DNA of 49,012 nucleotides from Candidatus Methylomirabilota bacterium (GTDB lineage: Bacteria; Methylomirabilota; Methylomirabilia; Methylomirabilales; CSP1-5). This document shows, piece after piece, positions 35,854-46,096 of this stretch (within the stretch, counting starts at the first letter, position 1; the number at the start of each line of letters is the position of its first letter). A program made the position numbers and the translations under genes. The stretch covers positions 1-49,012 of the forward strand of contig JAPUFX010000135.1 in assembly GCA_027293415.1 (NCBI GenBank), read 5' to 3'. The notes beneath the pieces are model-generated. The model had not been told where the DNA came from. It searched no databases and was given only the letters and a program-made list of their open reading frames with translations.

Positions 35854-38010
35854 TTAAGGCCGATGTAATGAAGGTGACTGTGCTGCCTGGTCTTGTGACT
35901 CTTTATCCTCCTGAGCCATAACTTCCAAAAAGGCCTCCACCACCTTTGGATCGAACTGGCGGCCGGTCCCTTGCTTGATTCGCTCAACGGCCTCCGCGCG
36001 GTCCAGTCCGACTCGGTAGGGCCGATTTGAGCTGAGCGCGTCAAAGACATCGGCCACCGCAAAAATGCGCCCACCCAAGCTTATATCTTCTCCGGCGAGA
36101 CCATCGGGATAGCCATTCCCATCGAGCCACTCGTGATGCTGTAATACGATGGGAACGACTTCGGCATACGCGGCGATGGGTTCCAAAATCCGGGCTCCCT
36201 TGCGTGGGTGCTCGCGCATGAGCAAAAATTCTTCGTCCGTCAATTTCCCGGGCTTATCGAGAACCGCGGCGGGGATGCCAATCTTGCCGATGTCGTGAAG
36301 CAGCCCCCCTCGATGCAGGATGTCCAGTTCTTTCGAGGGGAGTCCCATCACACGCCCGATCTTTAACGCGAGTTCCGTCACCCGCTCGGAATGGCCCGCC
36401 GTCCAAGAAGATTTCGCATCGATGGCCCGGGCCAGGGCGATCAGCGTGCCCCAGTTCAGTTGGTCCAGCTCCTCGATCAGGCGGGCATTTGACAGGGCCA
36501 CCGCCACCTGATCGGCCAATTGACGGGCCTGGGCCAGGTCTTCGTGGCTGTGTTCAGGTGGATCAGCGTACCCCAGGGTAATGATGCCCGATAACTTTTC
36601 TTTGAGGAAGATCGGGAGGACCCAAAATGATTTGCTGCCCCGTCGGGCCAGGGGCGCAAGATAGTGGGGGCCACCTTCGTCGGCGTTGGCGATGAGGCTT
36701 TCCGGATTGTCGCGCAGTTCTTGGATTTCTGCTGCTGTGAGCTGCGTGGCCTCGACCCATGCTTCGCTTTTGGGGTTGTCGTTCGCAATATATGTCCGCG
36801 CCCTATCGCTCGAATCGGGGTCGACAAGGGTCACGCCGATGCGGTCACAGGGAAAAACGTCGCGCATACGGGTGAGCACCGTATCCACGATTGTCTCGGT
36901 TTCCAACGCCGAGAGAATGGCTCGGTCGATCTCAGCTATGGTGGCCAAGGCGTAGAACTGTCTGCCTAATCGGCTGGCCATAGCATTGAAGGATCCGGCG
37001 AGTTCTTCAAACTCGTCGCCGCTCGTGACCGTTACCCGACTCTCGAAGTCCCTCATGGCGATGCGCCGGGTCCCTTCCCGCAGCTTTTCGAGGGGGACGA
37101 GATTCCTTCGAATCTGGCTGGTGCTCAGGAGGAGGACCACCCAGAGGGACATGAGGACGACGAGGGGGAAAATTCTTCTGAAATTGGCCATGGGGGCGAG
37201 CACGTCGGTTTTCGACTCGCTCAATACCACCGTCCACTTTGGAACGCGAAAGCTGAACTTTAAGGGAATGGACCAGTAGCCTGCCAGGTATTCCGTTCCT
37301 TCGTGTCTCCATTCGAATCGACCCGACGCGCCGCGTGCCATTTCATCCGCCACCCGCTTCGGAAAAGACACCGTGCCGGGAAGTGAACAGAAGATCAGCG
37401 TGTTTGAGTGATCCAGCACGCACAGTTCGGTCATGGGGGGCAATGTATTCTGGTAATCGCCTATACCCCAGAGGTACATGGGATTGATTTCTCCCACCAG
37501 GAGGCCCTTCGTCGGCTGTTGAGGATCAAGCAGCCTGCCCATAAAAATCCGGGGCGGCATGCCTGGAGGATGTTGAGTGGCCACAAGGGTATGGCCGTCG
37601 TTGAGGATTTGTTTTTGCGCAAAGCTGAATTCGGGGAGATTCGGCACACGACCGAGGATGGCCGTGTACCTGCCGCCATCGGTGATTCGTGCCACCCCCT
37701 TGAACCGGTGTTGGAGATCTTTCCCAAACCCTGCAGGCACCGTCATGATGGGTCCCCCGGTGCCTAGGGCGAGCTTGGAAGCCACCATCTCCATCTCAGC
37801 GTCCAAAAACTGCAGCCGCTCGAAGATGCTAAGCCCCACGGCCTTGCTCGCCTGGTGGAGTCGTCTATGGCTCTGCGTATTCAGCTGGTTTGTTACTTGG
37901 CCGAATGAGATGAGTGCCAGTGCTGCAATGGGGAGGAGGGCGCAAAGAATGAACAGGATGAAGATTCGGCGCGCTACCTTACTGCGGAGAAATGTCGTAT
38001 CGATTTTCAC
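35854..38010 (-). CDS. Membrane HD-GYP phosphodiesterase with periplasmic sensor, HAMP and GAF domains
   Basis: Two TMs, GDEFEELAGSFN (HAMP), GAF, GHSERV, LHDIGKIG, HHEWLDGNGYP. Confidence 0.92.
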   Translation of the reverse strand: MKIDTTFLRSKVARRIFILFILCALLPIAALALISFGQVTNQLNTQSHRRLHQASKAVGLSIFERLQFLDAEMEMVASKLALGTGGPIMTVPAGFGKDLQHRFKGVARITDGGRYTAILGRVPNLPEFSFAQKQILNDGHTLVATQHPPGMPPRIFMGRLLDPQQPTKGLLVGEINPMYLWGIGDYQNTLPPMTELCVLDHSNTLIFCSLPGTVSFPKRVADEMARGASGRFEWRHEGTEYLAGYWSIPLKFSFRVPKWTVVLSESKTDVLAPMANFRRIFPLVVLMSLWVVLLLSTSQIRRNLVPLEKLREGTRRIAMRDFESRVTVTSGDEFEELAGSFNAMASRLGRQFYALATIAEIDRAILSALETETIVDTVLTRMRDVFPCDRIGVTLVDPDSSDRARTYIANDNPKSEAWVEATQLTAAEIQELRDNPESLIANADEGGPHYLAPLARRGSKSFWVLPIFLKEKLSGIITLGYADPPEHSHEDLAQARQLADQVAVALSNARLIEELDQLNWGTLIALARAIDAKSSWTAGHSERVTELALKIGRVMGLPSKELDILHRGGLLHDIGKIGIPAAVLDKPGKLTDEEFLLMREHPRKGARILEPIAAYAEVVPIVLQHHEWLDGNGYPDGLAGEDISLGGRIFAVADVFDALSSNRPYRVGLDRAEAVERIKQGTGRQFDPKVVEAFLEVMAQEDKESQDQAAQSPSLHRP

Positions 38011-38024
38011 AATCTGTGCTCGGA

Positions 38025-38482
38025 TCAGTACTCTGACGCTAGCCCCACGAATCCCCCGTCATTGGCACGGACGATGTCGTCCCGGCTCACCATGGCCGTC
38101 AGAGGGGGCTGACTTTGTCCATCTTCGCCTTTACTGTACAGATCATAGTCGGAATTGAGTGGGACCAGAAACTGGTCCTTCCGCACCTGTCCCAGTCCCT
38201 TTACAGTGGCGAAATCCAGATACTCATAGGGATTTCCATAGGGGTCTTCGAAATTTGCCCGCCCTACGTCGGCAAGGCTGAGCGGCGCGCTCCCGTTGAA
38301 CAACTGATACGTACCGATCTCGCTACTCAATGTACGAATGTCCGCGATGGCCTTCGCGACTTTCGCCTTGTCGAGGGCTTCAAAGTACATGGGAACAGCA
38401 AGAGCGGCAAGCGTCGCCAATATCGCCAGGACGGCAAGCACTTCGATGGGCGTAAAAACACGACGATTCCTTTTCCGCCCAT
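38025..38482 (-). pseudogene. Type IV pilin/pseudopilin-like gene with a frameshifted, degenerate leader (ORF remnant 38025-38441)
   Basis: KRNRR-VFTPIEVLAVLAIL in frame with the pilin body but no in-frame start; ATG 38482 is 41 nt upstream (off by one); DPYGNPY, DYDLYSKG. Confidence 0.65.
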
Positions 38483-38615
38483 GATAAGCGAATAGGATCG
38501 TGCCATGGGACTATTCCCGCGTAGACAAATATCTTTGTATCATATGTGCTGGATATCTGGGTAGGCATATGTGTGATCCGCGAAGACTGATGCCCGGTGG
38601 GGGCATAGTCATCTG

Positions 38616-39290
38616 CTAATGATGGGTGACCCGTGAGGATTGCTCCGAAGTCGTTCCAGAGACAACAGCGGTCCCGCCTTCACCCTCCCCGCGTGTCTCC
38701 TCTGCGGGCATACGGAATTGGTCGATGCATTCCCTTAACTTTTGCATCTGGACCCCGAGAGCCGCGATTGTCTGATTGATGTCTTCGGCGGATCCGTTCT
38801 CGATACCTCCCTTGAGGTCGCTCAACACCGCCCGCACTTCCCGATGCTGTGTCTCAATACCTTTGATCTTCGTCCGCAGGCCTACGATCATCTCGTTGAG
38901 ATGATCGGCTTCGTTTCCCAGATAGTCGTGCTTGCGAAGCGTCACCCGCCCGGAGAGATCGCCTGCCGCGATCGACTTGAAGGTGTTCCGGAAACGCATG
39001 AGTGGTCCCGCAATTCTGTGGGAAACAAAAATCGAGTGAATGGCAAAGAGCAGAAAAGCGATGAGCAGGGCTGGCCAGACCCGGGCGTGGAGGGACAAAA
39101 ATTGGCTTGCCACGGCTTCCTGTTCGGAGAAAGAAAGCGTTTTGCTTTCGAGCTGGATAATCAGGGGGACGAAGAGGGTGGCGGAAAAGATCAAAAGAAT
39201 GGCGAAGAAATAGAGGAGGTTGATTAATAAAAGCTGGTACTGGAAACGGTCTATGAGGATGTGTCTTCTTTTGTATGGGCGCTTGGCCAT
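38616..39290 (-). CDS. Two-TM HAMP-domain membrane protein
   Basis: KRRHILIDRFQ, two TMs, SHRIAGPL..F..IAAGDLS.RV.LRKHD. Confidence 0.8.
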   Translation of the reverse strand: MAKRPYKRRHILIDRFQYQLLLINLLYFFAILLIFSATLFVPLIIQLESKTLSFSEQEAVASQFLSLHARVWPALLIAFLLFAIHSIFVSHRIAGPLMRFRNTFKSIAAGDLSGRVTLRKHDYLGNEADHLNEMIVGLRTKIKGIETQHREVRAVLSDLKGGIENGSAEDINQTIAALGVQMQKLRECIDQFRMPAEETRGEGEGGTAVVSGTTSEQSSRVTHH

Positions 39291-39662
39291 CTAACGTCTC
39301 TCTCTCGTCCAGGTGAAGTGCTTTTGATTTTTGAATCGGATGACGCCATGATTGGTTGGGGCATAGTAGATGGAAAACGTGTATTGCTGTCCCTCAAGAT
39401 TGAGGTAGTGAATATTGTAGAGGACCCCTCCCTCATCATGGGTTTGTTCGATGCTCGCGACAGAATACGTGTCGGTGTTATTTTCTCTAGTTGCAAAGAT
39501 AATTGCGTCTTTCTTGAATTCAAAAAAACGATCGGCGTACTTCGGTTCCGAGGTCTTCCACACTCCCAAGAGATCGTCCGGAATGGTTTTCTCAGTCGCG
39601 GGTTGACATCCGACAATCGCGGCGAGCAGGGTGAATATTAACAATGCCTGGCGCGAATTCAT
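39291..39662 (-). CDS. Hypothetical lipoprotein
   Basis: IVGC lipobox; abuts the next gene. Confidence 0.7.
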   Translation of the reverse strand: MNSRQALLIFTLLAAIVGCQPATEKTIPDDLLGVWKTSEPKYADRFFEFKKDAIIFATRENNTDTYSVASIEQTHDEGGVLYNIHYLNLEGQQYTFSIYYAPTNHGVIRFKNQKHFTWTRERR

Positions 39663-40045
39663 TTGCATATACCCTGGCTACGTGCGGAGGAGGTAGGTAC
39701 AGGTGTCGTGAAATTCGGCAAAACTATTGCGGGCATTTGCGCCCCAATCGCTATATTGTAGACTATCGAGTGGATCAAACCTGGTCAGAAAATGGTATAT
39801 GTTGCTAGTTATGTTGCAAGTCGCGGGCCAAGGACCTCGCCATCAGGCGATATTATCGGCCCGCCGGCACGGGTGTCAACACATCGGCAAGCCAGGCCTG
39901 GGAGGAGGCAGGTGTGTCGGGAATCCATCGGCCCGCAGGGGCTCTGTGAGGTTGTGATTCTTGTCCGCTTCAGGCCCAAGGAAGATATCCAAGGAGAGAT
40001 ACGGCTCTCGCACTTCGCCCGCGGGGACTTCCGGTGGAGTGAACT

Positions 40046-40381
40046 ATGAATGCCGGTGAAGGGGAAGTCACCCTCTGCCCGTGGTGCGGGACCGCCGTGC
40101 CCGTGCCTCGACAGCCGTTCCCCGGGCCCGGCCAGGAGAGTTCGTTCCTCCGATGCCCCTGCGGCGCCATAGGGCTGCCCACCCTGGAGCCGAAATCGGA
40201 CCGCTTGACCGTGGCCGAGAAACTCCTCGGGGTTTCGCGAAGGCTGTGGGCGGAACTGGCGTGGGGCCTGGAGAAAGTCGAGTGGCGAATGGTGGAGTGC
40301 TGGAGCCGTCTCCACAAGCTGGAAGAACTTATCTCTGGTCCAGAAGTCTGGGTGGCGCTTGTATGGGGTCGCAGGAGGTGA
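40046..40381 (+). CDS. Hypothetical zinc-ribbon protein
   Basis: CPWC and RCPCG. Confidence 0.55.
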   Translation: MNAGEGEVTLCPWCGTAVPVPRQPFPGPGQESSFLRCPCGAIGLPTLEPKSDRLTVAEKLLGVSRRLWAELAWGLEKVEWRMVECWSRLHKLEELISGPEVWVALVWGRRR

Positions 40382-40453
40382 ATCCAATCAATACATTATA
40401 TCTTAGCGTCGATCTTCTTGTGGTTTCCAATGAACATATAAGGAGGAGGGGGG

Positions 40454-40672
40454 ATGAGCAGGGCCTCAGGCACCTATACCAGACGTTTCATATACTGGGA
40501 GTATTGGGTAGCCCTTGCCGCCGTTCTGTTTGATGTGATCTCTTTTGTGGTGCCACTATTTGCATTGGCGTTTCTCGTGGTGCTACTACAGCCGCAGGGT
40601 TGGCGATGGATGGCGTCGGTTACCGATGTGCTCCGCCGGGTGCAGGACGGTAACGATGGTGTCAATGTATGA
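40454..40672 (+). CDS. Small membrane protein (72 aa)
   Basis: Strong SD AGGAGG; hydrophobic hairpin. Confidence 0.6.
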   Translation: MSRASGTYTRRFIYWEYWVALAAVLFDVISFVVPLFALAFLVVLLQPQGWRWMASVTDVLRRVQDGNDGVNV

Positions 40673-40698
40673 CTTTCCTCCCCGATCAGGGTCCGAGG

Positions 40699-41601
40699 TC
40701 AGGTGTCTCGGCGCCTCGGAACCTCGATCGGAAGGTCCACCCGGTCTCCCCATTCTTTCCAAGAGCCGAGGTAGTTCCGCACGCGGGGATAGTTCAACAG
40801 GCGGTAAACCATATACGCGTGGGCTGATCGGTAGCCGCCTTGGCAGAGAGGGATGACCTCTTTGTCTGGTGTCAAGCCACGCCCCTCGAGCATCTCCCTG
40901 AGCTCGGCAGCCGGCTTCAGCGCGCCGTCCGGGCCAATGAAGTTCACCCATTCCAGGTGGACGGAGCCAGGGACAGTCCCGCCCCGAGCTGCCCGTACAT
41001 GCTCGCCGTAATACTCGCGATCGGTGCGCGTGTCATGGATCCTCACGTCGGGATCTTGTAGATGATCGACGATGTGTTGCGCGGTGGCAAGGCGGTCTTC
41101 CAACGGGTCTTTGAGATGCTTGGAAAAGCCGGTGCGGACGATACGCCTCCCCCCCTTGGGTCCGAGATCCTGCGCACTTCCGAACATGGGCCAGGCCTCG
41201 CGCGTGAAAGGAAACCCCGCCCCTTTCCAGGCGGTAACCCCCCCGTCGAGGATATGGACATCCTCGTGGCCCAGATACTCGAGGAACCAGAAGCCGCGTG
41301 CCGCCCGAAAACCGCTGTTGTGCTCGTAGAAGATCACCGTTTTGCCGAAGTCGGCTCCTCGTATCTCCATGAGGTATGCCAGTGTCCAGATAAAGGCGGC
41401 GAGCGCCTCGGGCCGCGTATCGTTCAGGGAGTAACCGTAGATGTCGAAATGGGCCGCCCCTTCGATGTGACCGGCGCAAAAGTCCGGCGCGGGGCGCGTA
41501 TCGACGATGATGAGATCGTCATCCTTCTGGTCTCCGATCCGCTCGCGGAGCTGATCGGGGGTCCAGACCAAGTTGGCGTTTACGAAGTCCTTGTACGCCA
41601 T
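40699..41601 (-). CDS. sseA: Two-domain sulfurtransferase (rhodanese/TST)
   Basis: GHIEGA, LDGG..AW, GGTVPGS, active-site loop CQGGYR, YLGSWKEW. Confidence 0.9.
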   Translation of the reverse strand: MAYKDFVNANLVWTPDQLRERIGDQKDDDLIIVDTRPAPDFCAGHIEGAAHFDIYGYSLNDTRPEALAAFIWTLAYLMEIRGADFGKTVIFYEHNSGFRAARGFWFLEYLGHEDVHILDGGVTAWKGAGFPFTREAWPMFGSAQDLGPKGGRRIVRTGFSKHLKDPLEDRLATAQHIVDHLQDPDVRIHDTRTDREYYGEHVRAARGGTVPGSVHLEWVNFIGPDGALKPAAELREMLEGRGLTPDKEVIPLCQGGYRSAHAYMVYRLLNYPRVRNYLGSWKEWGDRVDLPIEVPRRRDT

Positions 41602-41879
41602 GGAAAGATTCGCCTCACGGTGGGTTGCTCCAGCCCACCGAGAATGGGCTGGGATATTCTTGATATCTCCGGAACTAAGTTACGAGAGCCTGGCAGCAGG
41701 CCGATGCCCGTCTGGGCCTTGACGGAGGGTACCTAATAGACGTGCATTTCGTCAACAGGCAATGCTCATCCGAGATATCATCTTCTTCTTACTGGACACC
41801 TGGGTCGATGGCGTGCGATTTCTCCACTGGCGCCCACCTGGGTTTGTGGAGGTGAGGCGAGGGGACGGAAGCGAGGTCG

Positions 41880-42911
41880 TCAACCGTCCTGTGCCGGTGT
41901 GGGAGCTAACAGCACGGCCACCCACCGAAAGTTCTCGCTGTTTTCCAAGAGAATTTTGACGACCATGGTCAAGGGAACCGAGAGCAGCATCCCTACGGGC
42001 CCCCAAACCCAGCCCCAAAAGACCAACGAGAGAAAGATCACCAGCGTTGAGAGGCCAAGTTTGCGTCCCATGAAATAGGGTTCAACGAAGGTTCCCAAGA
42101 CCATGTTCACCGCCAGATAACCGAGCCCTACCAGGGCCGCCGCACCGGGCCCGAGCTGGACGAGGGCCAGCAACAGCGTCGGGACAGCAGCTAAAATCGA
42201 GCCCAGGTTTGGAATGTAGTTGAAGAGGAAGGCGAGGAATCCCCACAGAATCGGAAAGTCGACACCAAGGATGGCCACCCAGACACCGATCAAGATGCCC
42301 GTGGCCAAACTGATAAGGGTCTTGATCCCAAGATAACGCTGCACATCCACGACAATCTTGGTAAAAGTGTCGGAATCACTATCCTGGCTGCCGAACACGA
42401 GACGGAGTTTTTGCGGAAATTGCGTAATCTCAAAGAGGATAAAGATCGTGGTAATGATAACCAGGATGAAGTTTGACAGCACCGAAGCCAGACTGTTGAA
42501 CATCTGACCAACGAAAGCCATCGCCCTACCAGGGTTAATGACGTCACGTGCTATCTCAGGAGAGACTTCGATCCCCTTGCTTTGCAACCAAGCAAGCAGT
42601 GCGGCATTCATCTGCTGAAGGCGGTCTGCATATTTCGGGGCTTCCCGGGTGAAGCTCTCCACCGAGCCACCCACGATGAGCACGATGGTCCCTAGGCATA
42701 CGATGTTGGCCAGTACCGTCAGCAAAACAGCCAGGGTCGTGGGGATCCGCTTGTCCTGCAGCCAAAGCAGCAGCGGCAGGCTCAGAATGGCTAATAATAA
42801 GGAGAGCGCGAAGGGAAGCGCTATTGGGGCTGCGGCCCGCAGACCTGCTATGACCACGACGAGGGAGGCTGCAATCAACAGGAACCTGAAACCTTGTGCT
42901 GTGTTACCCAC
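41880..42911 (-). CDS. AI-2E (UPF0118) family transporter
   Basis: FLFNYIPNLGS, EPYFMGRKLGLS, WGWVWGPVGMLLSVPL. Confidence 0.92.
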   Translation of the reverse strand: MGNTAQGFRFLLIAASLVVVIAGLRAAAPIALPFALSLLLAILSLPLLLWLQDKRIPTTLAVLLTVLANIVCLGTIVLIVGGSVESFTREAPKYADRLQQMNAALLAWLQSKGIEVSPEIARDVINPGRAMAFVGQMFNSLASVLSNFILVIITTIFILFEITQFPQKLRLVFGSQDSDSDTFTKIVVDVQRYLGIKTLISLATGILIGVWVAILGVDFPILWGFLAFLFNYIPNLGSILAAVPTLLLALVQLGPGAAALVGLGYLAVNMVLGTFVEPYFMGRKLGLSTLVIFLSLVFWGWVWGPVGMLLSVPLTMVVKILLENSENFRWVAVLLAPTPAQDG

Positions 42912-43221
42912 GGTGTTTCATCTCCGTTGTGGAAATGACGGCCTCGTCTAGCTCTATGGATATGGCGGTCGGTCTGCTCGACGTGAAATATATATTCTCC
43001 CCCGGACTTTGCGGTAAGGAAAACCTCCTGGGAATCCAAGCGGCTCCCTCATTATGAGGAAGAATTCGATCCCTGCAACCGAAATCGGATGGCTCGGAGA
43101 TAAGGCGGATGGTCCGCCTGCTAGCGAGCAGGTCAAAGAAAGCAGCACGCCCTCCCGGACGGCGTTCCGCCCGGAAAGGCGGCCGACTACTTGGTGCGTC
43201 GTGGATTGTGCCGGATGCGGG

Positions 43222-43911
43222 CTAGGGACCCTCTTGACCGGTCGGGGGTTCCGGCCTCCAACCGCCTTGGCCGATCAAGGGGACAAAAACACAGGCCACC
43301 CCCCGTTTCACTCTAGGTCCCCCCTCTTCCTTGGCAACGATCGTGAGCTCCTGCATCCAATGGTCGCCGATGGGGGCCACTAAGATTCCTCCCCAGGCAA
43401 GTTGTTCCATCAATGCAGGGGGGATAGCGGGAGCGCCGGCGGTAATGAGGATCCGATCAAAGGGGGCCTCCTCGGGCAGCCCCAGGGTCCCGTCTCCAAG
43501 TCTCACGTGGACATTGTCGAAGCCCAGGGTATGAAGGATAATCCTCGCTCTCTCGACCAGGGGTTCGATCCGCTCGACGGTATAGACCTCCTTAGCGAGC
43601 CACCCGAGTATAGCCGCCTGGTAGCCCGAACCTGTCCCGATCTCCAGGATCTTCTCGCCCACCCGAAGATTGAGGGCCTGCGTCATCACGGCCACCATGA
43701 ATGGTTGTGAGATGGTCTGGCCTTCTCCAATGGGGACCGCACAATTGTCATAGGCCTCATAACGCCAAGGCTCGGGGATGAAGAGATGGCGAGGGATCTG
43801 CTCCATCGCCGTTAACACCAGCGGGTCAGTGATCCCCTCAGCCTTGAGCTGCTGCTCCACCATTCCCTTGCGGGTTTGGACAAAGGGATCGTCCTTGACA
43901 GAAACTACCAT
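43222..43911 (-). CDS. pcm: Protein-L-isoaspartate O-methyltransferase
   Basis: IPRHLF, GQTISQP, LEIGTGSGY, APFDRI, FVPLIG; start moved to ATG 43911. Confidence 0.95.
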   Translation of the reverse strand: MVVSVKDDPFVQTRKGMVEQQLKAEGITDPLVLTAMEQIPRHLFIPEPWRYEAYDNCAVPIGEGQTISQPFMVAVMTQALNLRVGEKILEIGTGSGYQAAILGWLAKEVYTVERIEPLVERARIILHTLGFDNVHVRLGDGTLGLPEEAPFDRILITAGAPAIPPALMEQLAWGGILVAPIGDHWMQELTIVAKEEGGPRVKRGVACVFVPLIGQGGWRPEPPTGQEGP

Positions 43912-44039
43912 GAAAGGCCTCCGAGGTCCGTGTTCGTCTCCTCGCTCTGTGACGCAGGAGGGGGAAACGAGAGGCGAGGAGGAACACCAATCCTCCACTA
44001 AGAATATAGTAACGCGAGGGTCGAATGTCACCCCACCTG

Positions 44040-44396
44040 TCAGACGGCGGACTTCTGGGGGGCAAAGACCTCCACCCGCACGGTGAAGGTTCGGCTTGCT
44101 GCGGGGGGGAGGGCCCCGGCGCCCATCACGTGGCGGGAGATCATCTCCCCTTGGTCGTCGTGGATCTGGACGACGATGGCATATTCCCACGGCTCACCAG
44201 TACCCGGATGCTGGATGGTGCCCTCAACGTGCAGTGGGCAAAAGGTGGGGGCGACCGGACGATCGGTTCTGACCGCGTTGAAGTGCAGGTGGCGGTGGCA
44301 GGCAGGACATATCGGTGCACTGCTGAGGATCTTCGCCTCACAGTGGGGGCAGGTCCGGGTCTCCCCGGGCGGGGAGCGCCATGTTGCGGTCATCAC
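44040..44396 (-). CDS. Double zinc-ribbon plus small beta-sandwich hypothetical protein
   Basis: CPHC..CPAC; overlaps the bactofilin stop. Confidence 0.65.
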   Translation of the reverse strand: MMTATWRSPPGETRTCPHCEAKILSSAPICPACHRHLHFNAVRTDRPVAPTFCPLHVEGTIQHPGTGEPWEYAIVVQIHDDQGEMISRHVMGAGALPPAASRTFTVRVEVFAPQKSAV

Positions 44397-44872
44397 CCGG
44401 CCTCGCCTTCCTCGCTGATGCCATACTGGCTCGGTCCTCGCTCATCCCACCCGAATTCGACCTTTCCCCGCATGCGCGACCCCGCTGCCACCGTCAAGGA
44501 CCCGGCTTGGAGATCTCCGATCAGCGTCCCGGACTGCATGAGCTGCACCTGGGATGACGCGTGGATGTTCCCGTGGATCTCCCCTCCCACGCGGACGGTG
44601 TCGGCCTGCAGCTCTCCGGAGATGTGAGCGCCAGGCTCGATGTTCAAATCACCATCCACCTGAACGGTTCCCTCGAAGCGGCCGGCAAGCCGTAAATGGC
44701 CTGCTCCCTGGATTTTCCCCTCGAAGGTCAGCCCGGCACCAATGAAGGATTCCGTTGACTGCGAGCGTTCCTCCACGCGGTAGCGGAGCTCGGGACGCGA
44801 CGGGGTCTCCTCGGACTGGTCGGTCTCCACCGAAAGTTGTTCTTTCCGCGGGTATTCCTTCCAAAGTGCCAT
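44393..44872 (-). CDS. Bactofilin (polymer-forming cytoskeletal protein)
   Basis: SFIGAGLTFEGKI..G.LRLAGRFEG...V.GEIHGNI..G.L.GDL..GSL....G....G; start moved to ATG 44872. Confidence 0.9.
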   Translation of the reverse strand: MALWKEYPRKEQLSVETDQSEETPSRPELRYRVEERSQSTESFIGAGLTFEGKIQGAGHLRLAGRFEGTVQVDGDLNIEPGAHISGELQADTVRVGGEIHGNIHASSQVQLMQSGTLIGDLQAGSLTVAAGSRMRGKVEFGWDERGPSQYGISEEGEAG

Positions 44873-45138
44873 AGCGAGATCCTCCTCAGCCCCGTTGGTA
44901 TCGATAAGGGATTTCGTTTCTGATTCACGGCGAAGTCTATCGGTGAGCACAAGACAAGGCAGACTCCATGCCAAATCAGGGAAGGCCCAGAGCCCATGGT
45001 GGCAATGGCCCTAATTTCACATGTTTTCCTTGCAACATCCTCGGGCGGGTTTAGAGATGCACAGTCTTTCTAACCAGCTGAAAGGTAAGGCTTACATAGT
45101 AGGAATGTAAGGATTACATCGCCCGCGAGGGACCGACG

Positions 45139-46032
45139 TCAAAACGTCCGTGTTTCTCCCGGCCTCATGACGATGACCCGCGTTGAGGAGCCCGCGAGTG
45201 CTTCTTTGAATGCAGTAGGTGTTCCCTTGAGGAGTTTGGTGGTTCCGTAATGCATGGGAATGACTGTTTTTGTTTTCAGGAGATTTCGGACTGCGTATGC
45301 GGCGTCGGCCGGATCCATGGTGAAATGCCCCCCGATGGGAAGTAGGGCCAGATCCGGCCTGTAATACTCGCCGATGAATTTCATGTCGGCGAAGATGCCG
45401 GTGTCGCCTGCATGGTAGATCTTGAAGCCATTCTCTAGCTCGATGATGTAACCGCAGGGCTCTCCCCCCGGGTACATCGTTATTTTTTTGGTGGCGGGGT
45501 CCACGTGACGGATTTCCGAGCTGTGCTCGGCCCGCACCATGGTGATCTTGATCCCGGGGCCGAGCGGCGAGACCGGTCCGCCTTTGTTGAATCGAAGCAG
45601 TTGTGTATACGGTACCCAGCCGAGGGACGCAAAGGTGTGTCCCATGTCGGCATTCATGCCCACCCTGGCTCCCTTCATCTTTGCGATCGCAGCCGTATCG
45701 CCCACATGGTCACCGTGCCCGTGGGTGACGAGGATAAGGTCCACCTTGTCAAGCTTGTTTAGGTCCTTGAGTGCTTGGGGTGTCTTCGGATTCTTGGTAA
45801 TGAAAGGGTCCACGAGGATCACCTTGCCGCCTGGCGAAGTGATCTTGTAGGCAGCGTGTCCGAACCACTGTAATTCGAACGCCTGGGCAAGTGTGGCACC
45901 CGTCGCAAGCACCAGCAGCACAGCGGTCAGCGCACCTGTCATAATGTGCATCCGATATGTTCGCATCACAAGTTTCCTCCGCATTAGGGGGTGGCCGGTT
46001 GCCGTTCTCGTGAGGGAAAGTGACCCTCGCAC
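45139..46032 (-). CDS. Exported metal-dependent hydrolase (MBL fold, UPF0173-like); start probably downstream of 46032
   Basis: WFGHAA, THGHGDH, YHAGDTG, LPIGGHFTM, IPMHY; signal peptide ending AQA. Confidence 0.88.
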   Translation of the reverse strand: MRGSLSLTRTATGHPLMRRKLVMRTYRMHIMTGALTAVLLVLATGATLAQAFELQWFGHAAYKITSPGGKVILVDPFITKNPKTPQALKDLNKLDKVDLILVTHGHGDHVGDTAAIAKMKGARVGMNADMGHTFASLGWVPYTQLLRFNKGGPVSPLGPGIKITMVRAEHSSEIRHVDPATKKITMYPGGEPCGYIIELENGFKIYHAGDTGIFADMKFIGEYYRPDLALLPIGGHFTMDPADAAYAVRNLLKTKTVIPMHYGTTKLLKGTPTAFKEALAGSSTRVIVMRPGETRTF

Positions 46033-46096
46033 GAAGGACGTCCGGGAATACCATTACATGTGAGGCAGCAGGATGCTGAGAAAGGAGGAAGAATTT

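Noticed and set aside
40699-41601. Rhodanese as sulfur donor for the Ubl/E1
   Set aside because: 30 kb away and a common stand-alone TST; no linkage evidence.
41762-41959. 65-aa plus-strand ORF
   Set aside because: No SD; overlaps the AI-2E 3' end by 80 nt; no motifs.
43912-44190. N-terminal 93-aa extension of pcm in the ORF track
   Set aside because: Overlaps the upstream gene in another frame; homology begins at ATG 43911.
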